Translations under genes and position numbers: made by a program
Notes under the pieces: generated by a model
The model's database searches: none
What the model was told of the DNA's origin: nothing
The model's input: the letters and a program-made list of their open reading frames with translations, nothing else
Part shown: positions 25,640 through 39,165 of the stretch, in pieces
Numbering within the stretch: position 1 is the stretch's first letter
How the letters are laid out: the number at the start of each line of letters is the position of its first letter
Source of the DNA: Mytilus californianus
Lineage: Eukaryota
Direction of reading: 5' to 3'
Assembly (NCBI RefSeq): GCF_021869535.1
Contig: NW_026262667.1
Location: 2,356,001-2,420,000 of the forward strand
DNA length: 64,000 bases

Positions 25640-26510
25640 AAAAATAATCTCAGAATCTGCTGGAAAATCTTCAATCATATTCCTTACAATATTAAAGTAA
25701 TACTCTTATTCCCCATGCTCAATTGAAAGATCGACTAGTCTTCTCATTAAACAGAGCTCTTCTACAAAAATGGAAATCACAGATACAAAATTGATTGTGG
25801 TCATGACAAATATTTCCTTGTGAAGGAGCCCACTAATTCCATATACAAATAAACCGAAGATCATCAAAATACTGGACTTTTTGATTGACAGCCTGTTTGT
25901 TGAACGTGGTGAATTGATATTTTAGCAGACAGTCGGTTTTCCAATGGGTGATAGATGTGTACCACTACTGCCCGACTTGTTTTTGTACCCATATGCAGCA
26001 CAGTTCCCACAGAAACTTCTTTTCGACAAGAAGCACGAACAGCACGCAAAGTTCCTTAATTTCACTTTTAGATATATAGATGATGTCATGTCACTCAATC
26101 ACTCACATTTCGGTAAGTGCTTGCATCTAATGTATCCCAGTGAATATGAGATAACCAAAACTAGAAGATCTACTTCATATTTTGATATTTCCCTGGATAT
26201 AGACACAGATGGATGACTACAAAAAAGAATCTATGACAAACGGGATGATTTCTACTTTTAAATTATTAACTTCCAATTTCTTCAGTAGTATCTTACTCTC
26301 TATCCCATCGTATGTGTTTACATATCTGAATAGATACGTTACATTTGTGCGTATTCCCACTATACGGCCTACATTAATTTGGGTGTCTTCCTTACACAAA
26401 TACTTCTCCAAAAGAGACAGAATGATTGACATGGCAATGATTAACGGACTATCACAAATTTAACAAGATGTCTTATTCCTGATTGTGACATGTACTAAGA
26501 ACTTGCTTAA
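25640..26510 (+). mobile_element. Highly decayed Naiad RT fragment
   Basis: PMGDRCVPLLPDLFL, LNFTFRYIDDVMSLN, SYFDISLDID and YDKRDDF remnants. Confidence 0.8.
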
Positions 26511-26830
26511 AAAGTATGGCATCCTCGAGTTTCGTCTTTGTAATATTAATGGATCAGTATTTCAGCATAAAGATTCAAACTATGTTCTTTTCAATTCAGT
26601 AAAAGTAATCGTACGCAAATACATAATTTTGGTTGTGATTTAAAAAACAAAGTTTTATGAACGTATCGTTATAAAGGATTAGAATAAAACATGCATGGCA
26701 AAAGTGTTTACCTCAGAACAAAGGACGCAATTTGTTAGTTGAAATAAGAAAGGTTAAGATCAAATTGATTTTATAGATCTGATTATCCGTAAGTGTTTTA
26801 TGTGTAACGAAACAGTACACAACTACTTAC

Positions 26831-26959
26831 CATTTATGGCCACCTTGTCATCGTTAACTGTTCTTTGTAAGTAGTCCTTGTAATTATTTATAAGTCGTTT
26901 ATCCACAAAACAGTGCAAATGAGTACCATCACAAATTAAATCAACTGTTGCAAGATCTC
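26831..26959 (-). CDS. Candidate orphan 129-nt symmetric phase-1 exon (DLATVDLICDGTHLHCFVDKRLINNYKDYLQRTVNDDKVAIN)
   Basis: Acceptor TTTATTGTAG, donor G|GTAAGT and an open frame between them. No recognisable domain. Confidence 0.3.
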
Positions 26960-27541
26960 CTACAATAAATATGAAGTTTATACACGAAAACAAAGAAGTC
27001 TTCAAATGAATAAAATCATTATATAATAATAATACATTTCAAAAGAATTTATTATAAACTATTATTTTCATGTAATGAAAAGCCATTCATGATGTTGTAC
27101 AATGAAAAATAAGTTCATGCAATTCTTCAAAACATAATTTAGGCAAGATTGTATAAACAACTTACCAAAGTTATTTTCTCCCCCTTAAATGATCTGCTAC
27201 GATGTTTACATTGCAAAGAAGGTAAAATTGGTTTTCAAGACAACATTTGATTTATGATACATAGAACCACTAATTCGGGACTGGTCGCAAAGAACATACA
27301 AGAAAGCAATAAATATTTTGAACAAAATAATATCCTATGCATAGCTGTCACTTTGTCAAAAAGAAAAACATTTGGGAAATTTCGGTATCAAATGAAAGTG
27401 TAAGGACTTTGGATCACTGTAGAACCCTTGTTAAAAGCTTCTCTTGAATAATAAAATAAATATATGAAATTTTGATAGGAGGCTCAGATCAGAAGTATCT
27501 GTTTTTGTACTAACCAACTTCCGGGAATAAGTGAGCTCTAA

Positions 27542-28000
27542 TAGAGATTTCCAATAAAATGACATACGTACGTAACTCGACGTACGGACCTAATGGGACT
27601 GGTTATTGCCAACTATTGAATTTGATTTAATACGTCGCTCAAGTATTCCAAGACTTTTAAAATCACACACTAGAATTTTCGTCCATATAGAATAATTTTA
27701 TCATGACGAAAAATGATAGAAATCTTGCATTTTTATTTATCAAGTCGTTTTCCAGATTCCCACCTTTATTTTCACTGACATAAGATCACGTATAAACACA
27801 TGTATCCCATACCTTTTATACGTACGATTTCAGTTATCTTTCATAGTTTTGATTATGACAATTATTTTTCAATATACTTTGCAGATGAACGCCCCATTAT
27901 ACTTTTTTCTGTCTTTCCTAATCTATCTTTTTATTATATTTGTTGCGGGGAAAATATTTAGAAGGATATTTTTCTGACAATTTCAGAAATATTGAAACCA
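27542..28000. mobile_element. Inverted copy of the 11830-12338 transposon end
   Basis: Begins TAGAGATTTCCAATAAAATGACATACGTACGTAACTCGACG and aligns with the reverse complement of 11830-12338. Confidence 0.55.
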
Positions 28001-28344
28001 GAGTTTGTTCTGTATTGTCTTGTTTAACGGGAATTCTATCGGAGTCCAAATACAAAGACATTTCTAGGCATTCTTTTTTATATCCTTTGAAGAAGTAAAT
28101 TAACTTACAGTATTTTATCCATTTTATTGATAAACAATTAAAAGGGGCACCGAATTCATTTTACTGAATAAATCATTACCGGAAATGTGTTAGGTAAGTA
28201 ACACTGAACAACATAATATAATAAGATTTCGTTGCCAGATGCGGATCAAGGCTTTCAAAAAAAAAGGGGGGGGGGGGGGGGGTGGGGGTGATAAAGGCAA
28301 CGTTAGAAGTTGAACATAAAATATAAGTATTAATAGGATGAAAG

Positions 28345-28625
28345 GACGCTTAATATATAAGTGTTCGTTGCATATGTATTTTACATATGCATATTTAGGA
28401 CGAGAAGATGAATATGAACCAGACTTTGTATTAAACCGCAGGAAGACATGTCATCCTACCCGCACACATGATTTTGACTCCGAACCGACCAATCTTTGCT
28501 CTAACTCAAAATATTGTGTGCTTGGTAGGGAGGCAGCCAATATTCGATTTGAAACGGGCGAGGACCGAGCCAGACTTCCCGCACTCAAGCAGTGGTGTAA
28601 CTTTCATTGACGCAATGAGGCAACC
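28345..28625 (-). mobile_element. Degenerate Meta-like SINE
   Basis: The reverse complement contains CTAC-CAAGCAC...GAGTTAGAGCAAAGATTGGTCGGTTCGGAGTCA...GACATGTCT, homologous to 16445-16760. Confidence 0.55.
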
Positions 28626-29489
28626 GCCTCACCAAATTTTTGACCATTAAAAAGAGAGATAAAGAGAATTATATACCGTGCACTTCATAGTATAAAGTAA
28701 ACTGAGTGACGACGGTTCAAACCGTTGACTGCTTAAATCTTTACTCACTCATTCCTCATTATTAACGTCTTGAAAACTTTTTCTTTCATAAAATGAACAA
28801 GGTAGATGCAAATATCTTTTTAAAGTAACATACAAAGTATACCTCGCAAAAAAACTGATTCAAGCAAGAGGTCATAACTTGTGAAACTGATATGATGCTT
28901 GATTTTTTTTTGACAACGAACTTGATACTTTTGGTGGACATAATTTTCAACAGACACTTGGTACTCCTACAGTTAATGTAGTACTCTTCTACCTTGGTTA
29001 ATATAAGCAAGACTTCATAGTTCACCCAGTTATTATAATCCATTTTGACAAAAGCTAAACGTATAAAGTTAAAAGACATAGCGGATCTTGAACGTAATTT
29101 CCCCAAATCTGTACGAAAACATTTTAGAGTAGGTCATACAAATAATTTTGTCAATTATTTTTGTTTTGATCAGGACCTGTCTGTAACTGAATACTGAGAA
29201 TTAAACCTTTAACCAGCAGTTTCATTGAAATATATTGACTAAATGCGCACTAGGAAATATCATTTCATGATAAAATTCCTAAATTTCTTGATTTTTCATA
29301 GACAGGATCTTTTTGCCAGTGTGTGACCTCTCAAGAGTATGATCACCTACACCTATTTTGCGATTCATATTTTCAATTAACCGTCCACTCCCTATTGGCA
29401 TTGACGTCTTTTAACAAGGTGAGGCTTTGACTGCCAAGATTCAAATCATTTCCTTCACCAGAAATAAAATTTCAAGTTTCGGTACTGTC

Positions 29490-29770
29490 AATTGATTGAT
29501 AGTTGGTTGCTTAACGTCCAGTGGCAAATATTTCATGCATAATTAACGTGCAGAGAGCGTGGCATTCTCTCTACAAGAGGCATTGGATTTAACGTCCCCA
29601 CTCTGATCGGACGGGATTTTCTACTTGAACATCCCGCACAGCCAAACGGACTTCCCACTTTGTCAATAGTTTATAAATTGCCGATCGGAACAAGACCAAC
29701 AGTGACCATATTTCTATTCCCCGATCACCCTTGAGGGGTTACTGTCGAGGCGAGCTATCACAAGACCAAA
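29490..29770 (-). mobile_element. Probable SINE with a Nin-like central domain
   Basis: The tail TTGGTTGCTTAACGTCCAGTGGCAAATATTTCATGCAT is shared with 53455-53530. The reverse complement contains GGGACGTTAAATCC...GCCACGCTCTCTGCACGTTAA. Confidence 0.4.
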
Positions 29771-30814
29771 GAGACACTTATGAATGTACATGTATTAATC
29801 AAAACATTTGTTGCCTTAAGACACCATGTCCCTTCACACGATCATATTTCCATGTTCAGTGCACCACTTAATCCGAGTCAAACTCTAATTGGGTATATAA
29901 TTTTAAACGTTTTATATTTTGAACAAAACGGAAGAACGGACGGATGCACATACCAGTAAATATAATATCCCTTTGCTATCATAAGTTGGTCATAAAACTC
30001 AAATGATCATCATACTTAACAAAACTTCAATTTAAAAATTCCGTACATGTCCGTTTTTCATACGTATTAGTATAAGTTAAACGCCAAACAATTTAGAAAA
30101 ACAATTTAAGAGCAATGACGTTAAATTACACATACGTTTGTACGGGCTCTCCCTAGAAACCATGCATGATTATAATTAAAGACAAGATATAAAAACATTA
30201 ACGGATTCAGTAAAGTGTAATCATATTGATCACTGAAATAAATTATAGAAGTATGCTAAAAAGAATGAAGAAGAAGCAAATCGTGTACACCTTTTACATT
30301 CCGGCGTGTTTGAAACTCTGGTTTTAATCTTTATAACTTTTAAATCAAAAATGAGAATATGATCTCGCTTCAGATTCCATTATCTTTATTTTTTTCAAAC
30401 TTAATTTTGATGTAGTAGCTTTAAGAATTCATCGTTTGAAAAATATGTATATGGGTCAAGTGAAATGACGAAGTAATGATCGGTGCATTTGATTACCGGT
30501 AACTTAATTAATTATGTCCTCGAAAGGTTGTTATCAATGAAATTATTCCAAATTTAATAACAAAATAAGTCAAGAATTAAAATAGCAGTTTGTGCTAATT
30601 TTCAAGTAGCATCTATTCCAACAAAGTATGTGTATTCAACGAGCCAAAAATTTATGCAGTCTATGCTCCCCTCCGTCATCCTTCAATGCAAAAGGCCAAG
30701 ATACGGTCAGATAGGTTGGTTATTATTGATGCGCAATGATTAGAAACACGGTATTGGCAGTATTTGGCCACAGCTTTATTATAAAATTATAAACACATAT
30801 AACTAGGTAAACAG

Positions 30815-31030
30815 TTAAGATATATATATGTAAAGTAAATAGATATTTCGATGAACGTAGTCACCTTTCATATTGGCAAACTACGACACGATAACTAGAT
30901 AACTAAATAGATAAATAATTAAGATATATATATAGTAAATAGATAATTAATTAAACGTAGTCACCTTTCATATTGGCAGACTACAAAAAGATAACTAGAT
31001 AGATAGATAGATAACTAGATAACTAATTAT
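30815..31030. repeat. Local ~100-bp tandem duplication with (GATA)-like simple repeats
   Basis: AACGTAGTCACCTTTCATATTGGCA(A/G)ACTAC occurs at about 30854 and 30955. Confidence 0.8.
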
Positions 31031-32201
31031 TTACAATAAATAAAGCATCCAATTAAATGAATCCTGGGAAACAGAGATTCGTAAATTTTTGTGTGGTGGT
31101 CCTGGGATACAGAGACCCACAATATCAAATGTTTTGGATGCTAAATGAAATATGACGCCAAATGACGCATATTTAAAGGAAACGCAGCGAAATGTGCCAA
31201 ATTGACCAAGACAGTCATAAATGACTGTCGGGTCAACCGCCATTAAAAGCGGATAGAGCTGCGTAGAAGCTGTGAGCCAAATACAATATAAAGGACTCAT
31301 ATATTTAAACCCTAACAATAACTGAATTCTAATGAATATCATGCAATTTCTTAATACACATTGTGGAAAGTATGTGGTGTGTAGACAAGAAAGGCTTCTA
31401 CCGCGCCTTGAAATGTGGTAAGCAAAATGTATTACCAATATGAGTCAAATGTTCACCATCTTGGCATTTAAATATGGAATTGGGAGATACATCGGAGTAT
31501 CGTATGTATTGATTGCAATATCCCCCTTGACGAATGATCAAACTAGCCAGCCAGCTGATTGTCCTCTTTCTGGTTCTAATCATTGTTGCTGTTACTACGG
31601 AATAATGTCATGTTTATTTGGCAAACTTAAGACCACAACAATCTGATATTCAGTAAAAGAACAGAAACTATATTCACAGTATTTTCCCACATCTTATATG
31701 TTTTTTCCCACTTCTTATATGTTATACTCCTGTCGTATTGTCAATTCAATCAATTCCGCGTATCTACATATGTGTAAAATTAGAGATATTGAAAACTGAA
31801 TTCCAGTTTAATCTTGTACAAGATGAATGCCACCTGGTATATTCCAAACTTGAATAAATTCGTTTTCTACAAAGGTGGAAACCAAACTCTAATGATTACT
31901 GGCGAAACTGCTAATCTTACATAACGGTTAGTATTACTAAAGTAATTGCAAGTTCTAAACATAAAATTAGAAAAAATTCAAACAGTTTTACCCATTGTTG
32001 TATTTGAATATATGAACGAAATGACATAGACTTCCATGAACACATTGCCTGAGGTTTAGAATCAGGTCAACCATTTATGGCAGCTCTGTAGCAGCGCCTT
32101 TCCTGAAGAAACGAGAACTTTGTATCCCTTGACTTAATCCGAAAATATTCAGTGACTATTTAGGACTCCTAAACTGATATTTAGAGAAAGGAGTTCTATC
32201 A

Positions 32202-33440
32202 AAACAAGCATTCTGAAAGTAATGCATTGCAATACATAGCCACTACCGGTTAATAATTCATTGTACTGGAACAAAATATTAACTTGATCTATAACTTGTC
32301 ATGGTGTAAACTATAGAACAAATATCAAGTCAATATATTCAAGCATGACGAGAAAAAAAATGTGGAAAACTGATTATTAAGTAAATTTTTATTAAGTCCA
32401 GGGACCATTACTCTGCACAAAATCACCAAACCGGAACAAAACTCGAAACTTGAGCAATTACTTGTCATGATAAAACTATATACCAATTATTAAAGCAATA
32501 TCTTCTAGCATGACAACAACAAAAAATTGAGGAAAACTGATAATGTGTGTGAATTTATAGAATATTAAGTCCAAGGACCAAAACTCAGCACAAAAATCAG
32601 CAGACTGGAACAAAATATGAACTTGATATGTAACTTACCATGATAAAACTATGTACAAATTATCAAATCAATATCTTTAAGCAATAACAAACAAAAAAAA
32701 TAATTGCGGAAAACTGATTATTTGGGGGAATTTTCTTAGTCCAAGGACCATAACTTTGAACAAAATCATTAGGCTGGAATACAATTCGAACTTGATCTGT
32801 AACTTGTCATGATAAAACTATATTCCAATTATCAAATCGATATCTTCAAGTAAGACGAACAAATATGCGGAAAACTGATTATTTGAGTGCATTTTCTCAG
32901 TCCAAGGACCATAACTTTGCACAGAATCATCATACTGGAACGCAATTCGAACTTGGTCTGTAACTTATCATGATAAAACTATATACAATTTATCAAATCA
33001 ATATATTCAAGCATGACGAAAACATGTGCAGACAACTGATTATTTTAATGAATTCTCTCAGTCCAAGGACCATAGTTTGCACAAAATCATCAGACCGGAA
33101 CACAATTCGAACCTGATCTGTAACTTGTCACGATAAAACTATATACCAATTATCAAATCAACGTCTTCAAGTATGACGAAAAAATGTGCGGAAAACTAAT
33201 TATTTGTGTGTATTTGACCACAACTCTGCACAAAATCATCAGACCGGAACAACATTCATACTTGGTCAGTAACTTGTCATGATAAAACAATACACCAAAT
33301 ATCAAACCGATATCTTCAAGCACGAATACAAAAATGTAGAAGACTGATTTGCCGGATTGACAGGTGGACAGACAGACAGACGAACATAGTGAGAACCTTA
33401 AGTCCCCCTAAACTCAATCGGTAGGGGACTTATAACAAAG
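32202..33440 (+). mobile_element. Helentron-type non-autonomous element (HINE-like) carrying about 6 tandem core repeats of 160-173 bp
   Basis: The AGTCCAAGGACCA anchor occurs at 32395, 32568, 32738, 32899 and 33060, with (GACA)n at about 33366-33380. A 3' hairpin reads AAGTCCCCT...AGGGGACTT, and the 5' partner inverted repeat TAGCCACTACCGGT lies at about 32237. Confidence 0.75.
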
Positions 33441-35019
33441 CAATTGACCAGTGACAGGTCTAAACTTGTAAACAGTAAGTTATTTCGTTTAAGCAAAAAT
33501 AGGATAAGCATCTCTAGGCCGCTCATCAATAACGTGTGTGGTTCCTTCAAAGCACTGGTCAGTCTTAGATAAAATTAAATGGAGTTCAATAATATATATA
33601 TTTTTCTTGATACCTGGCGAGATGACAATATTATTTGTAATTTAGTTCATTTGTTAGAATAATTTTTTTTTATTAGTATTAATCATTAGCGTAGAGATCG
33701 TTTGTACACTATTTTCGATTGCAAGTTACTTTTACAAACTTGATCACCAAAAGTTTTAATCTTTGAAAAGATTATCGTCTGCAAATCGTTGACATGAACT
33801 TACAATCTCAGAGAGTTAACGGTTTCCTTACATTTACTATATATCATTTCTAAGGTCAAGAAAAGTTCAAATCGTAATCGGCATCGCAGCTTGTAGATAC
33901 ATTACGTTAGGAATTTATTATCTCAAACTGTAACGTATCTAATTAGAAAGATTTTGTATTCGAAAGAGAAACATCGAAATGTGTGTTAAATAATGTGAAC
34001 AGTTGTACAAGGACTATCAAGTATATATTGTAAACATTAAACGTAGATAACATACTATTCATTTTAATGACAGCCAAATCGATTGAGGATATAATAATAC
34101 TGCTATATTAACATAGTTGTCGAATGCCTAGTCCCAAACCGTTGAACTTTATATCGAGCTTAATTCCACTGCAAAAGTATCTCAGCAACAATATATTTAT
34201 ACTCAAGTTCAATTTCTTTATTTGTTATTTTTGTATGAGGCAAAACTGGTTTAATAAAAAGTTTCCCCTGTTCATATGACACTTTTTACTGATCATTATC
34301 AATTATAGAGTTGTTCCTAAGTAGAACAAAGATGACATACTCGCCCGTTTGATTTTTTTATTTTATTTTAAGTACTGACTAACATCTTAATCAAGACTAG
34401 GAGAGTAACTAGTTGTTTGCGTGAGATTTGAATGATCTTTACCGATTGCATTACCTGGTCGATTTACTACATCAAAAGAACAACTATCCTCCTGAAGTTG
34501 GGGGATCGTTAGATGCTGGTACTGAACCTGGTTAAAGTTGTGTTTCCTCTTGTCTAGATGCAGCTCCTTATGTTGCAGTGGCTTTCCATCTTTTTGATGA
34601 CCTTCTTGTATTCATCTTAGTGCCAAACAACTATAAGATTAAATTGAACAACCAAAACAGAATATTGCTTTGTACTATAAATAAAGAATTTGTCAATTAG
34701 CGAACTTTAAAATTTCATTGACGCCTATAACCAACCAGTTTAACATTCATCTGTCAGGAATGAAATATTTGTGTTTACGTGAAGTGATACCGTTGCACAA
34801 ATGTCGGTCAGCTTCCGACAATAAATTATTCTGGGTTACACGAGCGAGGAGGCTGATTAAACAATCTGTACCGAATGGCGATGCTGTTAAAAATAGCGCA
34901 AGTGAGGTGATATATGCTAATTTATATTATAAAATCGGTCAAAGTAATTAAACGGACACAGAGTTAATTTAACAGAATACTAGACGATATTTAAAACACA
35001 TGTACTATATATAACTATC

Positions 35020-35121
35020 TATAATGATTATAATAACATCTAGAATGATGATAATAACATCTAGAATGATGATAATAACATCTAGAATGATGATAATAAC
35101 ATCTAGAATGATAGTAATAAC
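35020..35121. repeat. 21-bp minisatellite (TAGAATGATGATAATAACATC), about 5 copies
   Basis: Direct inspection: three perfect units plus degenerate flanking units. Confidence 0.9.
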
Positions 35122-38100
35122 CTGAGGTAGATAATAAGACAGCTAACAAATTGTTGCGATTGCATATATAATGATGCTTACAGTTAAGGTTATGGTGATG
35201 CATACATGAAGAGATAAAAAATGATTATGTTGAACATGCGTAACCTTCAATTAGCATTAAGCTGTGACCGCCGGAGTGAACTGTGCAGATCGGTGTCAAG
35301 CGTTGAAATGAAATGGAATAAAACGTGTATATCTCTATGTAACAGTACATAAAAAAAAATTAATGGCTCAATTCTTATACATAAACACCGATCGCTACCT
35401 CCGGATAGTAAAAGTATTATAACATGTAAAAATAAGCAAAATAAGCAATAAATTGAAATTAATTTGTTATAAAACACTGATATTCTATTAGATATCCCAC
35501 AATTGTTGCGGGAGACTAACTCTAATTATACCACCTGAGTTCCAATTGTAGAAAAGTGATACCAAAACCTGCACAATGTGGCTCCTATATCTTTTTAATC
35601 ACCAAAATAATTTTCTTTAAATCTTTAAATCACCAAATAATATTCCGTCTGTTTCTTTCAAATGTCGGAATGAAAAGATCGCGTGCGCAGTCATATTGCG
35701 CATTGACAAACATACATCTGATAGCCTACATTTAATAGAGATGAAACAGCTAATAACACAAGTAATCTATGCTTACACTAATAACCGAATTTATGCTGAA
35801 TCATAAATTCTATTATGTCGAGTAATGTCATTTTATTGGAAATCTCTTATATGCAATTAAAGGTATGTTGAATTTTTAAGTACAAGTAAGAATAAGGTAT
35901 AGTTTTGCTATGAAATTACTGCCACGTTATTTGAACATAAAAAATAGATATAAATGCTTGAAATTGCTCAGTTTAACATAGAAAGCAATGGGACTATGAA
36001 TTAGAGGTTTTTATCCTTATCCGTCATCGTAAATATCGACAAGAATTGTTGATATATCTTTCCGTTGTTTTCTTTCTGATCTTTTTTTCCCTTGTTTTTA
36101 TCTTTGAACTTTAATCTAATTTAGTATCTTCTCTCTCTTTCCTCTATCTCTCGTTCTCTCTCTTTACACAATATGGAGTTTCTTAATTTCTGCCTTTTTT
36201 AACTTGATATCATTGGCTTTCAAATATTTTAGTTTGAGCTTTCCTGATGAAGGTAAATCCAGAAATCTATATTAATCAATTTCGGAAATACTTTTGGTTT
36301 ATCATAAAATACCTTAGTAACATTTATGAGAAGCCAAAGAGGAACAAAAATACGGAAAACTGTTCTTTCATATTGCGAAAAATGAGTAGCCAGTCACATA
36401 ACTATTCATCTGACCAAAGTAAACAACATTATATTGATTGACTTTGTCTACAATTTTTTTTTACCAATTGATGGTAGATAAATGTGTTGTTTTTTACAGA
36501 TCTAATTGACATAGTGTGTTAATATGTTGCTGTTTCCTTTACACAAATCAACATCTTTTTCCGTCACTGATGTATGGTAGGAGGTAGTTAACCGACAATA
36601 AACATTAATAAAATAACTAAACTAAGTTACGAATAACATTCATTGGAAAAACGTAAAAGGCATGAAATTGTTGTGGATAATAGAGGCGGGAATCTTTATT
36701 ACTGTTTCTGAATAATTTGTGATTTTGTTCTTGTCTATTTTTTCCCTAAAATATTACTGAATGTTCGTTTCTCATATGGACTATATTTTTGCGGTATAAG
36801 CAATCATCACAATATGTTATTAAAAAATGGTAATCTATTCATAGTGCCGACTTGTATGGAATAAACCCGAATCAAGCTTCTCTTTCAATGTTGTTCAAAT
36901 GCATTTATCCCAAAGTATATTTTTCAAATAGTATTAACATAAAAAGGACATGAAGGAAATGGCGCAGGAAAATTGTTTAAAGCATTCACAGATTTTCATC
37001 ATATACGCACTAATTTGTTTTACTAAGAATTTCGTAATAAATATAATCGAATGTATTCAATATTTACTGGCATAAACTCAGAGGTACTTTGTGAATGCTT
37101 GCATTGGTTTCTGGATTATTGTTATTGAATATCGGTAAACAACTGTTTGCTCTCAATCTTCATATTTACCGCAAGTGAATATTCCAACATATTTTCAGTA
37201 CTAGCAATATATATATAGCAAATATTTAACCTGAAATATTTCTGCCCGAGTCATATTCAGACTGACTGATTGCTTCAGAATCTGTGCCACTAGATTTTAG
37301 AGAACAATCCTTGTCGTTTGAAAAAAGACGAAAATCCGATTGTACATGTTCGTTGTCATTGATGCAACTTTTTTGGCTCATCTGCAAAATAAAATGATGT
37401 GCATTATTTGCATTCGTTTTAGTGTGATTGATGTTTTTACATATGCTTTTTATTGACTTGCTCACAATGTTGCACAATATATGTATGTCTGTACAATATT
37501 GCAGGCCCCAACTATACAACAAGACGAAAATAAATTTAACAGTGACTATCAAATATTTGAAAGCAATTCGTTTTGTAATAAATGTCCTAAATGACAAAAA
37601 CATTACAAATGCTATTGTGAATAATTTGATGTAGGATACTTTTATAGTAAATATTTGCACAAAAGCTTTTAATCATAATCTTATCTATACGAACGAGTTT
37701 CATAGAGATAATATGCAATAAAGAGAAGTGGTTTGAATGCCAATGATATTTCTTATTTCCTCTAAGTACAAACAAATGTATAATACGATATTCAACGATA
37801 TTCCATCTTGTACAGTTTAATGATAATAAAACCATTTTTTACTTTCCTCATCTAACTTAAATTTTAATTGTCAAGTGTATTCGTTAATTTGATTTAAGTG
37901 TGTAGATTTCTAATTATCTTGTTCGGATTTTTACCTTGCTTTAAGGTAAGATAAATAACATGCTTTATGTAAAATTAATTGTGACATTTGTTAATTCCAT
38001 AAATTTGTGTTTGATTTAAATATATTAGGCAAGTAAATAAGATACATTTATACATGTTTCCATTTCAGAATTTGTGCAATACCTATTTTTGATTTTACGA

Positions 38101-38544
38101 ACTAATACTTGATAACACATGGATTATTTTATTATTTTTTGATTGGATTGTTTGATTTTACATATTGATTTGTCGATTTACTTCTTTGGTTTTTACACGT
38201 AGTAGGAGTTATAGATTGTAACTCGTATACTTGTTAGGAACATGTCGAAACCAATATACTCTTTGTCTGTTATGTTATAGGCTATGACTACATCTCTTAA
38301 TTTGATATGTTTTTTCAAATAAATTTGTGATGAAATTCGATTGATTCCTCAAAATTCTTTTAAGAATTTATATTCAATGCAAAAGTGACAATATTAAAAA
38401 TGTTTTGTTGATTCATTTTTCGATTTGTAGAGATATTGTCTATTTGGTGAAATTTAACTTTTCCAAGTTAACAGTTTATTCATCAGTTTTAAACTTTGAC
38501 GTATACATTGAAACATTTTCATGAAAACTGAAATTTATGTGTAA

Positions 38545-38975
38545 TTCTGTTTTACCTTGTTCACGCCCGTTCTATTAATGAAACAAAATAGATCTACTTC
38601 TTTTAGTCTGTCTTCTAGTTTAGAAAATGGGAATATTATTGTACAGGGAAGAGAAAGTCAAATGTTTTTTACTGTTGCAAAAGGAAAGAGACGTAGACTG
38701 TATGTACTTTAACAGATCAATGGAATGATTTGGTATCCATATTCGATTCACAACTCTCCTAGAGTAGATCGGTTCACAGTTACTCCAAAGCCCTGCTTTG
38801 ATTGCTGATAAAATTTATGCTTATAGTTTGAAAATGAGTTTCATGGAACAATTGGCGGACCCAGCAACACAACGTTGTTTGTAAGGATACTAATGTTATG
38901 CTGGTATCTAGTACAGTTCAGAAAGATCCTAGTCTTCATCTTTGGTTGAATTCCAAAATATTTCCGTATAATCTA
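38545..38975 (-). mobile_element. Decayed Naiad RT fragment
   Basis: The reverse complement gives ILSAIKAGLWSNCEPIYSRRVVNRIWIPNHSIDLLKYIQS...TFDF...LEDRLKEVDLFCFI. Confidence 0.8.
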
Positions 38976-38984
38976 CTATATAAA

Positions 38985-39165
38985 AAATAAGGAGATGTGG
39001 TATGATTGCCTATGAGACAATTATCCACCAAAGTTCAAATGAAATGGATGTTAACAATTATAGACGTGCGGCCTTCAACCATGAGAAAAAACCCATACCG
39101 TATAGTCGGCAATAAAAGGCTCAGACATGAAAAATATGAAACAATTCATTTGAGAACACTAACGG
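38985..39165 (-). mobile_element. Naiad 3' end fragment
   Basis: Matches 59514-59700 and 47570-47655 (AAGGAGATGTGGTATGATTGCC...). Confidence 0.7.

Noticed and set aside
28266-28290. Poly-G tract as a functional G-quadruplex
   Set aside because: A homopolymer in a repeat context whose length is unreliable in assemblies.
35015-35203. ORF with SRCYYHH repeats
   Set aside because: A by-product of the 21-bp minisatellite, with no splice or homology support.
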